Shown in pieces: positions 37,477-57,514 of a DNA stretch of 64,000 nucleotides. A program made the translations under genes and the position numbers. Each line of letters begins with the position of its first letter. The first letter of the stretch is position 1. The stretch comes from Prorocentrum cordatum (lineage: Eukaryota). The notes beneath the pieces are model-generated. The model ran no database searches. It saw only the letters and a program-made list of their open reading frames with translations, and had not been told where the DNA came from. The stretch lies in assembly GCA_963575745.1 (NCBI GenBank), contig CAUYUJ010000192.1:434001-498000 (forward strand). Direction: 5' to 3'.

Positions 37477-38320
37477 CCCCGAATTGGAGCGAGCGCGTCA
37501 TCGCCTCGTCGCGCCGCGGGCCCGCAATCTGGAGCTGACGAACCAACAACACGCACCCATACCCATAGGGGGGTCGGAGAGGGCTATGGGTGCGTGTTGT
37601 CGGATGGGGGCCCCCGCTCGAACGAAAGCGTTCCCCGGGGTCTGACAACCCGCACCCATGCCCATGGCGAAACCTCTCCCCAACGACAGCCCCTAAAGGT
37701 ATGGGTGTGTGTTGTTCGTCTGTCATGGAGCGGGATCGTGGCCTCGCAGGAGCCCCTGCGCCTCCGTCTGGCGGGGGCTTACCAGCCTGGAACATACCCC
37801 TGTCTATGCTGGGCATCTCCTCATCACGATGCCAATCTCAGGGATTTCCTTCTTTTTTGAGGGCGCACCCCTCAGATTGACATCGCCTTTTGGCGTGTCA
37901 ATCTCAGGGATAGGGATATGTTCGAGGCTGGTAAGGATCGTGGCGTCGCAAGAGTCCCTGCGCCTCCGTCGGGCGGGGGCGGCCCGGCGGCTCGCGCCGG
38001 TGCAGCAGCCCGCGGCGGGGGGGGCGAGCGGGGGGGGCGCGGGGGCCCGTCCCTCGCGGGAGGGTCGCGTGCGGGCGGCGCGGCCTCCGGCAGGGGGCAC
38101 GGCGCAGTCCAGGGTGGTGTCGGGTGGCCCCCAGCAGTAAGTCGGGCCTGTCTGAAGGGGCCCTGGGACACACAAATAAATACACACAAATAACCGGATT
38201 CCCTTATATTTTCCCATATGTTCTGGGCTTTTGTCTTCCCCACCACTTCCAATATTTTCCCACATGTTCTGGGGAATCGACGATTAATCGTGTCTGTGTG
38301 TTTTTTCCCCTCCTGAATTG

Positions 38321-38513
38321 AGTCGGGCCTGCCCCCCTGCAGGGGGATCTTCGACGGAAAAAAATAATAAAAAAATCCCCCCAACAATGCACCAAAAAGG
38401 TCAAACATACGCAACAAACAGTCCCCAGACTATTTTTGGACTATTCTTGGACTATGTTTGGGGCATTTTTTATATTTCGTCGAAAATCCCCCTGTAGGGG
38501 GACAGGCCCGACT
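38321..38513. mobile_element. 'GTCGGGCCTGTCCCC' TIR MITE, well-preserved copy (further copies or ends at ~2705-2730, ~19045-19070, 60355-62612 interrupted, 63853-64000)
   Basis: ttg|AGTCGGGCCTGCCCCCCTGCAGGGGGAT ... ATCCCCCTGTAGGGGGACAGGCCCGACT|taa. Confidence 0.88.
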
Positions 38514-39606
38514 TAACGCCAGCACGTCTCCAGCCCCGAGATCCTCCTAAGACGTCTGCCAGCGGCCACGGGGCCTCACGGTGACCCGGGGGAGGCAACC
38601 AGAGCAGCAAAGACACGCGTTTCGATGTCTGCTTGCCTCTCTGCACTCGTTCCCGACTGGCCGAGCGGGTCTCAGAAACTCCTCAATGTGAGCATTTTCT
38701 AGTCGGCTTTTCGGCATTGGGCTGAAGGGGGGAATGGGGGGATGCCTGGCTCCAGACCTCTGCTTCATGCGACTGTTTGCAACAGTGCGTCCTATGGGGG
38801 AGACTCCACCTGCTTGAAACAGGCAACCAAGATCTACCCATCGGTCGGAAGAAGTAGGTAGAAACATGAAATAGGAAAGCGTTGGAAATAGATTGGGTCT
38901 CCGCCCGCCTCCTGAAGAGGAGGGAAGAGGGAACACCACTCGACTCTCGAAGCAGGAAGGCGCTGAAAGTAGATTGGAACATGGGAACCCAAAAATACCT
39001 ACTTTCAACGACCGATGGGTACTCCATGGGGGGGAGGGTGTGCGCGAGGGTCCGCGCCGATCGGCAGAACAATGAAGAATAAGACTCGGGGATCTTCTGA
39101 CCCGGGTCAGTCCAGACCCGGGTCAGCAAAAAACCAAAAACTGCATTGCAAGAACAAAAAAACTGCAACGCAGATCCTCGCAAACCCGGGTCAGCCAATA
39201 CGCGCGGCCGCCTTGCGGCCACGAGCGGCTCGCTGACCCGGGTCAGCCAGAGGGGGTCTTCGCAGGATCCTGCAGGATCCGGCGCCCTGGCTGACCCCCG
39301 TTTGCACTGACCCCCGTCTCTGAGGCCCCGAAAGACGATCACAGTGCAGCCCCGGGGGCCTCCCAGAGCGGAAGGGGAGCGCCCCCAGAGGGCCCCGGGA
39401 GGCAGCTGCTCGAGCTTGGACGCCGAGTCTCCCACGGCTTCATCGAAGTTCCCCACGATGGCCCCGAGATGGCCCATAACACCCTCCAGGGGGCCCCAAT
39501 AGCGCACCCCACACTCCTGCAAGGCTGAACAAATCACCGGACAGCTCGCCCCTTGGCCCCCCGCCAGCCCCACGCCAAGGGGCGAGCATATATACGGGCG
39601 CAGCAC

Positions 39607-39665
39607 CTCGCTGGAGGCGTAGCCGTCGGCTGGGCCGACCATACAGATGATGCATCGCGTGGCGG
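39607..39665 (-). CDS. Candidate micro-exon (ATRCIICMVGPADGYASSE)
   Basis: ccag| acceptor and GAG|gt donor; GC3-rich; isolated. Confidence 0.35.
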
Positions 39666-39892
39666 CTGGATGCCCGCGCCGAGCACAGAGCTCTTCTCGG
39701 TTCCTCCCTCCTCTTCCTCCTCCTCCTCCTCTTCCACCTCCTCCTCCTCCTCCTCGACTCCTCCACTTCCACCTCCTCCTCCCTTCTGCCGCCTCCTCAT
39801 CCCGTCCGCGTCCTCCGCCCTCGAGCTGATCTCCCCCCCCCCGTCGTCCATTTTCAATGAAATCCTCCTCCCGCCGCCTCTTGCCTCGTCCG

Positions 39893-41161
39893 CCCGAAAT
39901 ATCCTCACCCGCTGGCTTAAAACTGCCACCCGAAATATCCTCATCCGAAATATCTTCACCCGCTGGCTTAAAACTGCCACGCGAGATATCCTCACCCGCT
40001 GGCTTAAACCTGCCACCCGAAATATCCTCACCCGCTGGCGTAAAACTGCCACCGAAATATCCTCACCCGAGATATCCTCACCCGCTGGCTTAAAACTGCC
40101 ACCGAAACATCCTCACCCGCTGGCGCTTAAAACTGCCACCGAAATATCCTCACCCGCTGGCTTAAAACTGCCACCGAAATATGCTCACCAGCTGGCTTAA
40201 AACTGCCACCCGAAATATCCCCACCCGCTGGCTTAAAACTGCCACCCAAATACTCTCACCCGCTGGCTTAAAACTGCCACCCGAGATATCCTCACCCGCT
40301 GGCTTAAAACTGCCACCCGAGATATCCTCACCCGCTGGCTTAAACCTGCCACCCGAAATATCCTCACCCGCTGGATTAAAACAGCCACCCGAAATATCCT
40401 CATCCGAAATATCTTCACCCGCTGGCTTAAAACTGCCACGCGAGATATTCTCACCCGCTGGCTTAAACCTGCCACCCGAAATATCCTCACCCGCTGGCGT
40501 AAAACTGCCACCGAAATATCCTCACCCGAGATATCCTCACCCGCTGGCTTAAAACTGCCACCGAAACATCCTCACCCGCTGGCGCTTAAAACTGCCACCG
40601 AAATATCCTCACCCGCTGGCTTAAAACTGCCACCGAAATATGCTCACCAGCTGGCTTAAAACTGCCACCCGAAATATCCTCACCCGCGGACATAAAACTG
40701 CCACCCAAATATTCTCACCCGCTGGCTTAAAACTGCCACCCGAGATATCCTCACCCGCTGGCTTAAAACTGCCACCCAGATATCCTCACCCGCTGGCTTA
40801 AACCTGCCACCCGAAATATCCTCACCCGCTGGCTTAAAACAGCCACCCGAAATATCCTCATCCGAAATATCTTCACCCGCTGGCTTAAAACTGCCACGCG
40901 AGATATCCTCACCCGCTGGCTTAAACCTGCCACCCGAAATATCCTCACCCGCTGGCGTAAAACTGCCACCGAAATATCCTCACCCGAGATATCCTCACCC
41001 GCTGGCTTAAAACTGCCACCGAAACATCCTCACCCGCTGGCGCTTAAAACTGCCACCGAAATATCCTCACCCGCTGGCTTAAAACTGCCACCGAAATATG
41101 CTCACCAGCTGGCTTAAAACTGCCACCCGAAATATCCTCACCCGCGGAAATAAAACTGCCA
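39893..41161 (+). repeat. 36-bp minisatellite (AAATATCCTCACCCGCTGGCTTAAAACTGCCACCCG) organised as a ~459-bp higher-order repeat, ~2.8 copies
   Basis: Diagnostic variants recur at fixed period: atgctcacca at 40181/40640/41098 and cctcatccg at 39939/40398/40856. Confidence 0.95.
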
Positions 41162-42499
41162 TCTAACGGCCTGGTGGTTCAGTTCAGTCTGTCAGTGTCT
41201 ACCTCGCGAGAATCAAATTACGGGCTGCGCCCGTAAAACACGAGCATCCCAAGATGGCCCCAGGTGGCCCCCAGAATGAGCGGCCGCGGGCCGCTTGGTC
41301 CCACTCAGATCCCCTCGCCTAGGCATCGCTTGTGAATCGGATGGTGGGCATGCACGAAGGGCCAATCGATTAAACCCCACATGTTGGCAGAGCGCTGGAA
41401 GCACAACGAGCCCGCGAAATGACGAGAACTTCCACGCGCACGACATGCAAGAATCATCACCATGCGTATGTGACACAAAAGTGTGTGTAGCATTTCTCCG
41501 GCTGTGCATTCCTGACACCAGCCCCACCGCAACAAGTCCGACTGATCTCCAACTGCAACGATACTGTTGCGTCGGCAAAGAAAGCGACCTTGTGTCATTA
41601 CACCCTGAAAGAGCCCAGAGACAGCGCGGTGTATATGAAGACTGACACAAGGCATTTCGTGGCGAGTCCAGCATTATCGTGGCGACGAGAGAAGTGGCAA
41701 CAACATGGAATGCGCACGGCGGCTTGGACGAGACCAGCTGTGGGCAACAAATGTTGTAGCCCCTACTTTCCCAATCTGGCACCCTTCCTCCGACCCGACT
41801 CTCGGCCCAGATCTCGCAGGAGAAGAGCGCCTCCTCCCCCCATCCCTGGGTCCCAAAACTGTGTGGGGACAGACCGTACGGCGACCTCGACGTCCCTACA
41901 GGAATAACTCGGGGGAAAACAAACCTACCTCGCTTTTGACCACCCTCGCTTCCAAGAGATACCAAACGATGCCAAATTGCGGCCTCTACTGGTCAGGCCG
42001 CTTGACGAGGAGGCGCGTGGTATGGCTTGGTTTTGCCTGGAAGCGAAAGCGGGGGAGGTAATTCACGCTCCGAATAACAGGAGGCCCCCGTCGCACAAGA
42101 CATCCTCGGAAAACCACCCAGCGCCCCAGAACCGCGCGGCCCCGCATCCCGAAGCTTCAGGGGCCCTGCGGAGCGGAGGTGCCACGAGGCGCGAGGCCCC
42201 CCCAAAAAGGGCCCCCACCGAAACCATCCGAAAGGTCGGTGGCCTACGGGGGGGCCGGCAAGCGTTCCAGGAGCTCGATTTCCGAATCCTTCCGCTGCCC
42301 TGCAGCCCCCTTGCTGCAGAGGAGCGACGGCGGAGAGGCCTGGGGAAACCGAGAATCCAAATGTGTGGTAATTTGTCCCACGCTCTTCGTGAAGGGTCGC
42401 CGAATGCCTGTGCAGGGAGTGGTGGCGGGGGGGGAAGAGGACGGGACACTGGGAAGGGATGATCCTATGAAGGAATAGAGTCCTGGACCCTGGGGGCGT

Positions 42500-43710
42500 T
42501 CCGTGGGACCCGCTTGCCACCCTGAATCTTCTCTGACGGCCCTAAGCGAGCGATGACGGCCTCGGGATTACGAGTAGCAAGCCGACAAACTCGAGACCCG
42601 TTTCCCTCAGAACCCGCTTGCTTGATGGCGGCAGAACCAGAAGTGGGACGGAGAAAGGCGGGCCCGTTGTTTCTCCTCCCGCGGGGACCGCGGAGGCGGC
42701 CGTCAGCACCAATATCCGCAACGGCGCGCGCCGCACTGGCCACGCCCCTGCTCGGGGCCCAGCCACAGCCCTCTTTTTCCATCACCATTCCCTATCAGTC
42801 GATACCCCTGCTCTACGGCCTGGCCAGCCGGTAACATACGGACCCATAATGGCCCACCCTACTTGTCCCGAAACAATGCAACATCCATTTTTGTTTCCTC
42901 AAATTGGGCATCCTGTCGCCCATGTTGTAAAATGCGTGGCAAGTGGGACGGGGCGCACATCCGCGGGACAGGCTGAAATGTCGTTTTCGCCTTGGCGCCG
43001 CGCTCACTGTTCTAAAGTAGTTGTCCGTCAAACGCGGCCCACATTTGTCGCTCGCAGTGTCGTCGACGCACGAACGGTTGGAAATGTCGCTGTCGCCTCG
43101 GCGCCGCGCAGAATTCGCCTGAAACTGACGGTTCCGCCTTGACGCGGCGCATACTTGTCACTCGCAACTTCTGTGGGCCCGCGCGAATGGTCGATGTGTC
43201 GCCTTCGCCCAAGTTCTTTTATAATTTCGGTCGGAAGTCGCATGCCAACACGGGCGCATTCCAGCGCGGGCGCGGCGCATGGTTCGCTCGCCGGGTCGTG
43301 TGAATGCGATAGCGGCCACGGGGCTGCGCGAGAGCGGGCGAAATGCTGGCCTCGCCCAAGCGCCGCGCAGCTTGTGAGTAACAACGGCAGCGCTGCGCCA
43401 GCGCGACGCGCGTTTCGTCTGCGCTGCGCCCGTCGGACGCGTTGCCGTTCCCGCCCCTGCGCGGCCCGCGCAGTTGCCCCTTCGCCAAGCCGACGGAGGC
43501 GGGGCCGCGCGCGAGCGCCTCCCATCTGCGAGATAGAAGCGCGCCCCAAGATCAACGACAAACTTGCGCCGCAACTGATTCCTACGCTGTTGAAGAACAA
43601 AAAAAGTAGGCGGGGACCTCTGACTCGCTCGCCCTGACTAACGCGACTCCTACTTATCCTTCTCCCCCCCTTTTCCGGCGGGCGACGATTTCCACCTCTG
43701 CGACTGCACA
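42500..43710 (-). pseudogene. Highly decayed coding remnant, possibly Ty1/Copia protease-integrase
   Basis: RKFVVDLGA (aspartic-protease DxGA-like) ~43550; SHSHDPASEPCAAP..HIDH (HHCC/integrase-like) ~43200-43320; many frameshifts. Confidence 0.3.
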
Positions 43711-43711
43711 T

Positions 43712-43786
43712 ACGACTACGAATCCAACTACGACTACGGCTACGACTTCTACAACGACTACTACTAGTAAAACTACGACGACGACG

Positions 43787-43827
<41 letters not shown>

Positions 43828-43966
43828 AACAACTACTACTACTACTACTACTACTACTGCTACTACTACTGCTGCTGATGCTGCTGTTGCTGCTGCTGCT
43901 AATACTAATACGACTACTGATACTACTACGACTACTACGGCTACTACGACTACGACTACGACTACG

Positions 43967-44001
<35 letters not shown>

Positions 44002-44073
44002 TGTATTTCTACTTTTACTTCTACGTCTACTTCTACTTCTACTTCTACTACGACTACTACGACTACTACGACG

Positions 44074-44105
<32 letters not shown>

Positions 44106-44128
44106 GACTACTACTACGACTACTACTG

Positions 44129-44159
<31 letters not shown>

Positions 44160-44239
44160 TACTCCTACGTCTACTACTACTACTACTGCTACTGCTACAA
44201 CAACTACTACTACTACTACTCCTGCTCCTACTACTACTA

Positions 44240-44300
<61 letters not shown>

Positions 44301-44349
44301 GGCCGCTATTAGTACTACTACGACCAGGACTACTACTACTGTTACTAAA

Positions 44350-44422
<73 letters not shown>

Positions 44423-44452
44423 TACTACTACTACTACTACTACTACTACTAT

Positions 44453-44489
<37 letters not shown>

Positions 44490-44571
44490 GCTACTGCTAC
44501 TGCTACTGCTACTGCTACTGCTACTGCTACTACTGCTACTACTACTGCTACTACTACTCCTACTACTACTA

Positions 44572-44603
<32 letters not shown>

Positions 44604-44660
44604 AACGACTACGACTACGACTAACGACTACGACTACGACTACGACGAACTACGACTACG

Positions 44661-44702
<42 letters not shown>

Positions 44703-44844
44703 GCTACTGCTACTGCTACTGCTACTGCTACTGCTACTGCTACTGCTACTGCTACTGCTACTGCTACTGCTACTGCTACTGCTACTGCTACTGCTACTGC
44801 TACTGCTACTACTACTACTACTACTACTACGACTACTACTACTA

Positions 44845-44875
<31 letters not shown>

Positions 44876-44957
44876 GACTACGAGTACTACTAAGACTGAT
44901 ATGATTACTACTACTACTACCACCACTACTCCTACTACTATTACTACGGTTCCTACG

Positions 44958-44995
<38 letters not shown>

Positions 44996-45072
44996 AACTA
45001 CTACTGCTACTACTACTACTACGACCACTACCACTACCACTACCACTATCACTACGACTCCGAATACTACTG

Positions 45073-45114
<42 letters not shown>

Positions 45115-45455
45115 GTACTGCTGGTACTACTACTACTACTACTACTACTACTACCACTACTACGACTACTACTACTACGTCAACGACTACAACTACTACT
45201 ACTACTACTGATGTTGCTACTACTACTACTACTACTGCTACTACTACTACTACTACTACTACAACTACTACGACTACTGCGACTACTACTAGTACTACTA
45301 CTACTACTCCTACTACTACTACTACGACTACTACTACTGCTGCTGCTGCTGCTACTTCTATTATTATTACTACTACTACTATTACAACTACTACGGCAAC
45401 GACTACAACTACTACTACTGTTGTTGCTACTACTACTACGACTATGACTACTATG

Positions 45456-45502
<47 letters not shown>

Positions 45503-45863
45503 CTACTACTACTACTACTACTACTACTACGACTACTACTACTATCACTACTACTACAACAACAACTACTACTACTACTACTACTGCTACTACGACTACT
45601 ACCATTACTACTACTACTATTACTTGTACTACTTCTACTACTACTCCTACTACTACTACTATTACTACTACCACTACTACAGCAACTACTACTACTACTA
45701 CTACTACTACTACCACGACTTCTACCAGAGGTACTTCCACGACTACTTCTACGACTACGACTACGATTACGATTACGACTACGACTACGGCTACTACGGC
45801 TACTACGGCTACCTCTACTACTACTGCCACTACCACTACTGCCACTACTTCTAGGACTACGAT

Positions 45864-45905
<42 letters not shown>

Positions 45906-45970
45906 GACTACTACTACGACTACTACTACTTCTCCTGCGACTACCACTACGAATCGCACTACTACTACTA
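43712..45970 (+). repeat. (CTA)n array with (CGA)n and (CTGCTA)n sub-blocks
   Basis: Direct reading. Confidence 0.98.
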
Positions 45971-47600
45971 GGTTCCGGTGTCAAGAGGGGCTTCCTGCAG
46001 AATGCCATTTTCGAAACCATGATGAATGGATGACGAATGATGGCTGGATTTCCTGCGGCGGCCTCGCATCTCGGCACGGGCGCCCGCGCTTGGGGCCCGC
46101 GCGTCGTCGCGCAGGGCTGGAGGACAAGCGCCGCGCAATGCATCCAGACGCGGGTGCGACAGTGCCTGGGCGACGCCACTGGCCAAGTCACCGCGGCTGA
46201 GGCGTTCGCGCGACGGCGAACGAGCGGAACGGCGAAGATGGCGCGGCCGTAGTCGAGCGTCTGGGCTGTCGCCAGCTTGCGCCGCTGCAACTCGGCGAGC
46301 AGGTCGCGCCATTTCCGCCGATCGGAAAGGCGCGGCACCCGCCCGCCGCGCCTGCGGCGGACCCAACGCTTCGCCGCAGACCACGCGGACCCAATCCCGC
46401 CAGCGGCGAGGCCGCGTGGGCCCTGGGTCTCGCCCGCGGAGCGCGCCTCCAGCTCGCGCTCGATGCACCTCGCATTCCACCACTTGCTCTTCCTGGGCGC
46501 CTTAAACGCGATAACCGCTGCCCCCCAGGAATCGCTCGCCAGGATGGCCCCACTGCGCGCGCCGAGCTGGTGGAGATTGGTCAGCGTCTCCTGGCGCCCG
46601 CGGAGATTTCCATCCAAAGCGTCGTTCGGGCGGTCCAGAATGCGGAAGAAATGAATACCGGGGCGACCCTGCGCCGTCGCGCCTCAGACCCAGAACTCGC
46701 CTTTGCAAAGGCGGGCTGCCCTCTGGAGGGCGCCAGGTTGCTCCACGTCGACCTGCGCCTCGTCCACCTGCACCGCGGGCGTGAATTTGGATGCGTCGGC
46801 CCTTTCGGTCAGCGCGATGCCCGCCCCCTCCTTCCGCGCCTTCGCCCCCGCAGCAATCCCGCCCTTCTTCTTGGCGAGGAAGCTCTGGCCGCGGGCGTCG
46901 GCCGCGGCCGCGCCCTTCGGCGTCTCGATTGTTTTCGGCCAGGCTCTTCAAATTTAGACAGGGCGCCGCCAAGCGCCTTCGCCCCCTTCCTGTCTGAGAG
47001 CGACGCCCCACGGCCAACCGTCTTGCAGGTCGCGCCCGACCCTCGCTGCGTCAGCTGTCGGGGGTACTTCAGGGCCCGCGTGACCGCAATGTCGAAGGTC
47101 TGATCCCGTGAGGACCCCCAGGCGCCTTGCAATTTGGGGCCAGCGGTCATCGCGGCATGCGCGACGGGCATCCAGAGTCGGATTCGCAACAGCGCCATGC
47201 CTGGATTCTCTCGCCCCGGTGGCAAGCGGGCGCGCAGCTGCCGCCGCCGCGCTCGGGGCGCTCACGCGACGCCGGCAGGAAAACCCATGACCTGCGAGAC
47301 GATGAGGATTAGTAGCGGCGAGTTGGTGGCCGGGCGCGTTTTCTTTCGCGACGCGTTGTTGCGAACGAGTTAATGTAGCGAGCGAGGAATGATTGCAGCG
47401 GCCCTGTTGGTGGCCCAACTTCCAGCTCATGGTCTCTTCCCAAGCCGTTTTCGTCTCGCTATTCCAAGCGTTCGCCCCGTCATGCGTTTCCTGGGCGTTC
47501 CGCGCGCGCTTGCTAGAGCGCCCCCTGTGGGCGCGCAACGAGAGAGAGAGACGCTATCTAGTGCCGCGCAGAAGCGGCGCCGCGCGCAAGCGTCAAATAA
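45971..47600 (-). pseudogene. Decayed coding-like remnant of unknown element (possibly gag-like)
   Basis: Complex GC-rich sequence with protein-like minus-strand segments in shifting frames (..QTFDIAVTRALK.., ..FLAKKKGGIAAGAKARKEGAG.., ..KWWNARCIERELEAR..). Confidence 0.3.
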
Positions 47601-47822
47601 CGCATGGTATTACATAGTTTTTTCCGAATCGCCTCGCTTGTGCGCGACAATGGCAGGATGTCGGTTTGTGGTGATTGCATGTTATACAACGAGTCCGCCG
47701 GGCGCCTTCTCTCTTGCTGTGCTTGCCCATTCGTCGAGCGGACAGCAGCGCGGACCTTGCGAGAGGCCGCGCGGCGAAACGTCGCCGCCAGCTTCTTCGC
47801 CCGCGGCGACTGTAGGACATCC

Positions 47823-48935
47823 TAAAGCTTCTGTGTGTCTGGGGGGCCAGCGCTAGCCCGAGGCCGGAAACGCACCACACTCGACGCCCAAACTCGCCTC
47901 TCACTCTCGCGCCCACACTCCACGCCGACACTCGAACTCCATGCTCGCCTCTCACACTCGCGCCTACACTCTGCGCCCGGAGTCTGCGCACAGCCTCGCA
48001 AACCACAGTGCACGCCCACGCTCAGCCCCCCACACCCACACCCCACACTGTACGCCCACACCCGCACCCCACACACACAGGCACAAACACACACACACAC
48101 ACACACACACGCACGCACGCACGCACACACACCACTCTACGCCCACAGTCTACGGACACACTCGCACCCCCACACTCACACCCCACACCAAACCCCGAGT
48201 TGATTTACCGAGCTGGTTCGACGAATTGCTGTCCTGGGTTGATTCGCAGAGTTGATTTACCGAGTTGACTTACAGAGTTGATTTGCCGACATGATTTCCC
48301 GAGCTGGTCTGCCGAGTTGATTTGCCGAGTTGGTTTACCGAGTTGATTTACTGAATTGATTTGCCGGGTTGGTTTACAAAGTTGATTTACATAATTGATT
48401 TGCCGACTTGGTTTCCCGGGTTGATTTGCCGAGTTGACTCGCCGAGTTGAATTAGAGAGTTGATTTACATAGTTGATTTGCCGAATTGATTTCGCGGGGT
48501 GGTTTGCCGAGTTGAGTTCGCAAATTGATGTGCCAAGTTGGTTCGCCGCCTTGGTTTCGCGAGTGGAGGTGCGGAATGGATTCGCGAGTTGGTTGTCCGA
48601 GCTGGTTCCTCAAATGCGAAATGCGAATTGACCGCGGGGTTGGCGTCCCCGACTTAGTGCGCCGAGCTGACCCGCATCTTGCGTTCGTGTCGTGTCGGCG
48701 TAAAGCGGGGGGGGGCGTGAGCGTGGGTGCGAGTGCGGGGCGCGAGTATGAAGTGCGAGTGTGGGCGCACAGTGAGGGGGTCGAGTGCAGGAGCGAGTGC
48801 GAGGTGCGAGTGCGAAGTGCGAGTACAAAGTTTGGGCGTCGAGTGTGAAGGGCGGCCGCGCGCCCCGAAATGGCTGCTAGCTAGAGGGGCACGACCGGTG
48901 CCCCCCCAGACACACACAGACACACACACACTTTA
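47823..48935. mobile_element. Foldback-like element: imperfect inverted arms around a degenerate 13-14-bp tandem array (GAGTTGATTTGCC, ~48196-48640)
   Basis: tgtgtgtctgggggg vs ccccccagacacaca; cacactcgacgcccaaact (47876) vs agtttgggcgtcgagtgtg (48829); CAC-rich left arm mirrors GTG-rich right arm. Confidence 0.75.
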
Positions 48936-50026
48936 AAGCCGTTTTGGGGCTTCGTACTTTCGGTTTGCTTTGAGCTGTCTGTCCTACTGCTCGGTGTCCT
49001 TGTCCAGGTTGCCCATGGCTCCAAACAGTGGCGTTTTGGAGCGGCGTTGAGCAACAAAACATTTTCCCGCTACACCCTCCCATGCTCCTCCCATATTCCT
49101 TCCTTCCTCCCTCAGCGACACGCAATGCGATCGCAACGTGATGCGATTGCAACGCAATGCGGTTGCAACGCGATGCATTTCGGAGGAGGAAAGTGGAGTG
49201 AGGAGGGAGGGGGCGGGATGAGGGGAAGGAGAGCGGAAAAGAGGGAGGGGAAGAGGGATTACTCCCAACGGATCCTCCGCCTCCTCCTCCTCCTCCTGCT
49301 GATCCTCATCCTCCCCCTCATTCTCGTCCTCCTTCTCGTCCTCCTCCTCCTCCCCCTCCTCCTCCTCTTCCGCCTCCTCCGCCTCCTCCTCCCTACTCGT
49401 ACTCCCTCCCCCCTTTTCCCCCCTGAGCCCTCCCCCACCTCCTCCTCCTCCTTTTCCTCCTGCTCCACCGCCTCCTCCTTTTCCTCCTCCTCCTCCTCCT
49501 CCTCCGCATCCTCCTCCTCCTCTTCCAACTCCTCTTCCCCGTCCGTTTCCTCTTCCTCCTCCTCCCCCTCTTGGGCGGTAGCAAAAGAAAGCAACGCACA
49601 ACACAAAACGAAAGAACAACCCCAGCAACAACAAACAAAACAGTGGCACCCCCAACAAATAAATCCCAGGAAACATCTGAATGAGGGGTGCTCGGAGTTG
49701 TCTGGAATCATGGTTCCGATGGTTGGTTGGTTATGCTTGCTGGTTTATGTTTGTTTTGTATGTTTAAGGTGTTTCAAATGTTGCCGCTCGTGTTCGCAAC
49801 GTCGCTGATTTTACACAGGCGCCCGTGCGCGTTCGGAAAAGAAAGGGAGGAAGGAGAGGAGCGGTGACGAGGCGCATGGATGCAATGAATACGGCTGTGA
49901 AAGCGCCCAAAGAGGGCCCCGCACGGGATTCCCACGGGAAGGGAAGGAGAACTATGGAAGAGGTTTAAGTGGCTTACGCCCGCTGTCATTTTGCGGGGGG
50001 GGGGTCCTTTTGACCCCGAAGCCAAA

Positions 50027-56352
<6,326 letters not shown>

Positions 56353-57514
56353 GCGACAACTGCGGATCAACTCTCCTCTTCTGACCGACGGCGGAACAAA
56401 AGTGTATGCTGCACCGCTCTCCATCCGCCCATGAGATCGGCAGAGCGGCGCGGCGCGAGCCCCCCTCGATCGCTCGGGGGTTGCTAGAAGATGTCCGTGG
56501 CCGAGGGTGCATCCAGCTTTCCGCTACAGTAGGGGCCCCACCACAAAAAACCTAACACTGAGACCCCAGGACGTCCATTTAATTTTGGTTTGGGAACGTC
56601 ACGCTTTCCATAGCAGAACCATCGACACCCAAGAAACCCAGGGCACCCTGAAGGCGAGCAGGGCGTTTGTTGGCATGGGCTTCCACTCTACATCTCTTGG
56701 AGCACCTGGGGAGCTCAAGTCCTCGTGAGGGGTGCTGCACGCCTCGGGAAAACATAGCGAACACTCATGCCACACTCATACCCCTCTCCACCCCAGCAAT
56801 GTTCAACATTGACGGCGGGTCTCTGAGTCGCACCTCGCGCGTGCCAACTTCGAGGTTTGGGGGAGGGGGAGTGCTCGGCCATTGTTCCCCTCCAGCGTCT
56901 GGAGGCAACGGGGGGCTCCTTGGAAATCCTGGGGGGCACCTTGGCCTGGGGGCAATCCGAGCAGTTGGAGTCCCGGAGCGGTGCGGTGCGGTGACAGACC
57001 GTGCGGCAACCTCGGAACCCCAAGAGACCTCACCGCACGGTCCGTCACGCACGGTCCTGGGACCCTGGAGGCCCCGTTCGCCCGAGACATCCTCGGAGAG
57101 GGACTCGAGTCCCAAAACCGTGCGGTGACCCCGAATCCCCACCGACTCACCACACGGTGTGGTCACCACCCCGTTCGGGAGCGGCCAAGAGGGGGGTGTC
57201 CAAGAGGGGGGGGTGCAAGTCATGGCCGGCGGCGTGTGCGCGGCCCGGCCATAAAGGCCAGGGACGTAATGAAACGAGAAGAGGCGCCATGAGATCTGGC
57301 GAAATATGGCCCCCTGCCATGAGATACACCCCCCCTAATCATCACCCCCCTCTTTGCCGCCCCGACCCGTTTGGGGGCACTCGGAGCAACACCCCAACTC
57401 GCACAACGGAAGACGCCCCGCGGCCCGCGCGGCAGGGCTCCGGCCGGTCAGGCGGACTCGGCCTGCGGAGGCGCCCCCCCCCGGGGGGCCACAGGGGAGT
57501 GCCTCCTCTTCAAA

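Noticed and set aside
39893..41161. 36-bp repeat as CRISPR direct repeat
   Set aside because: Units are contiguous with no spacers
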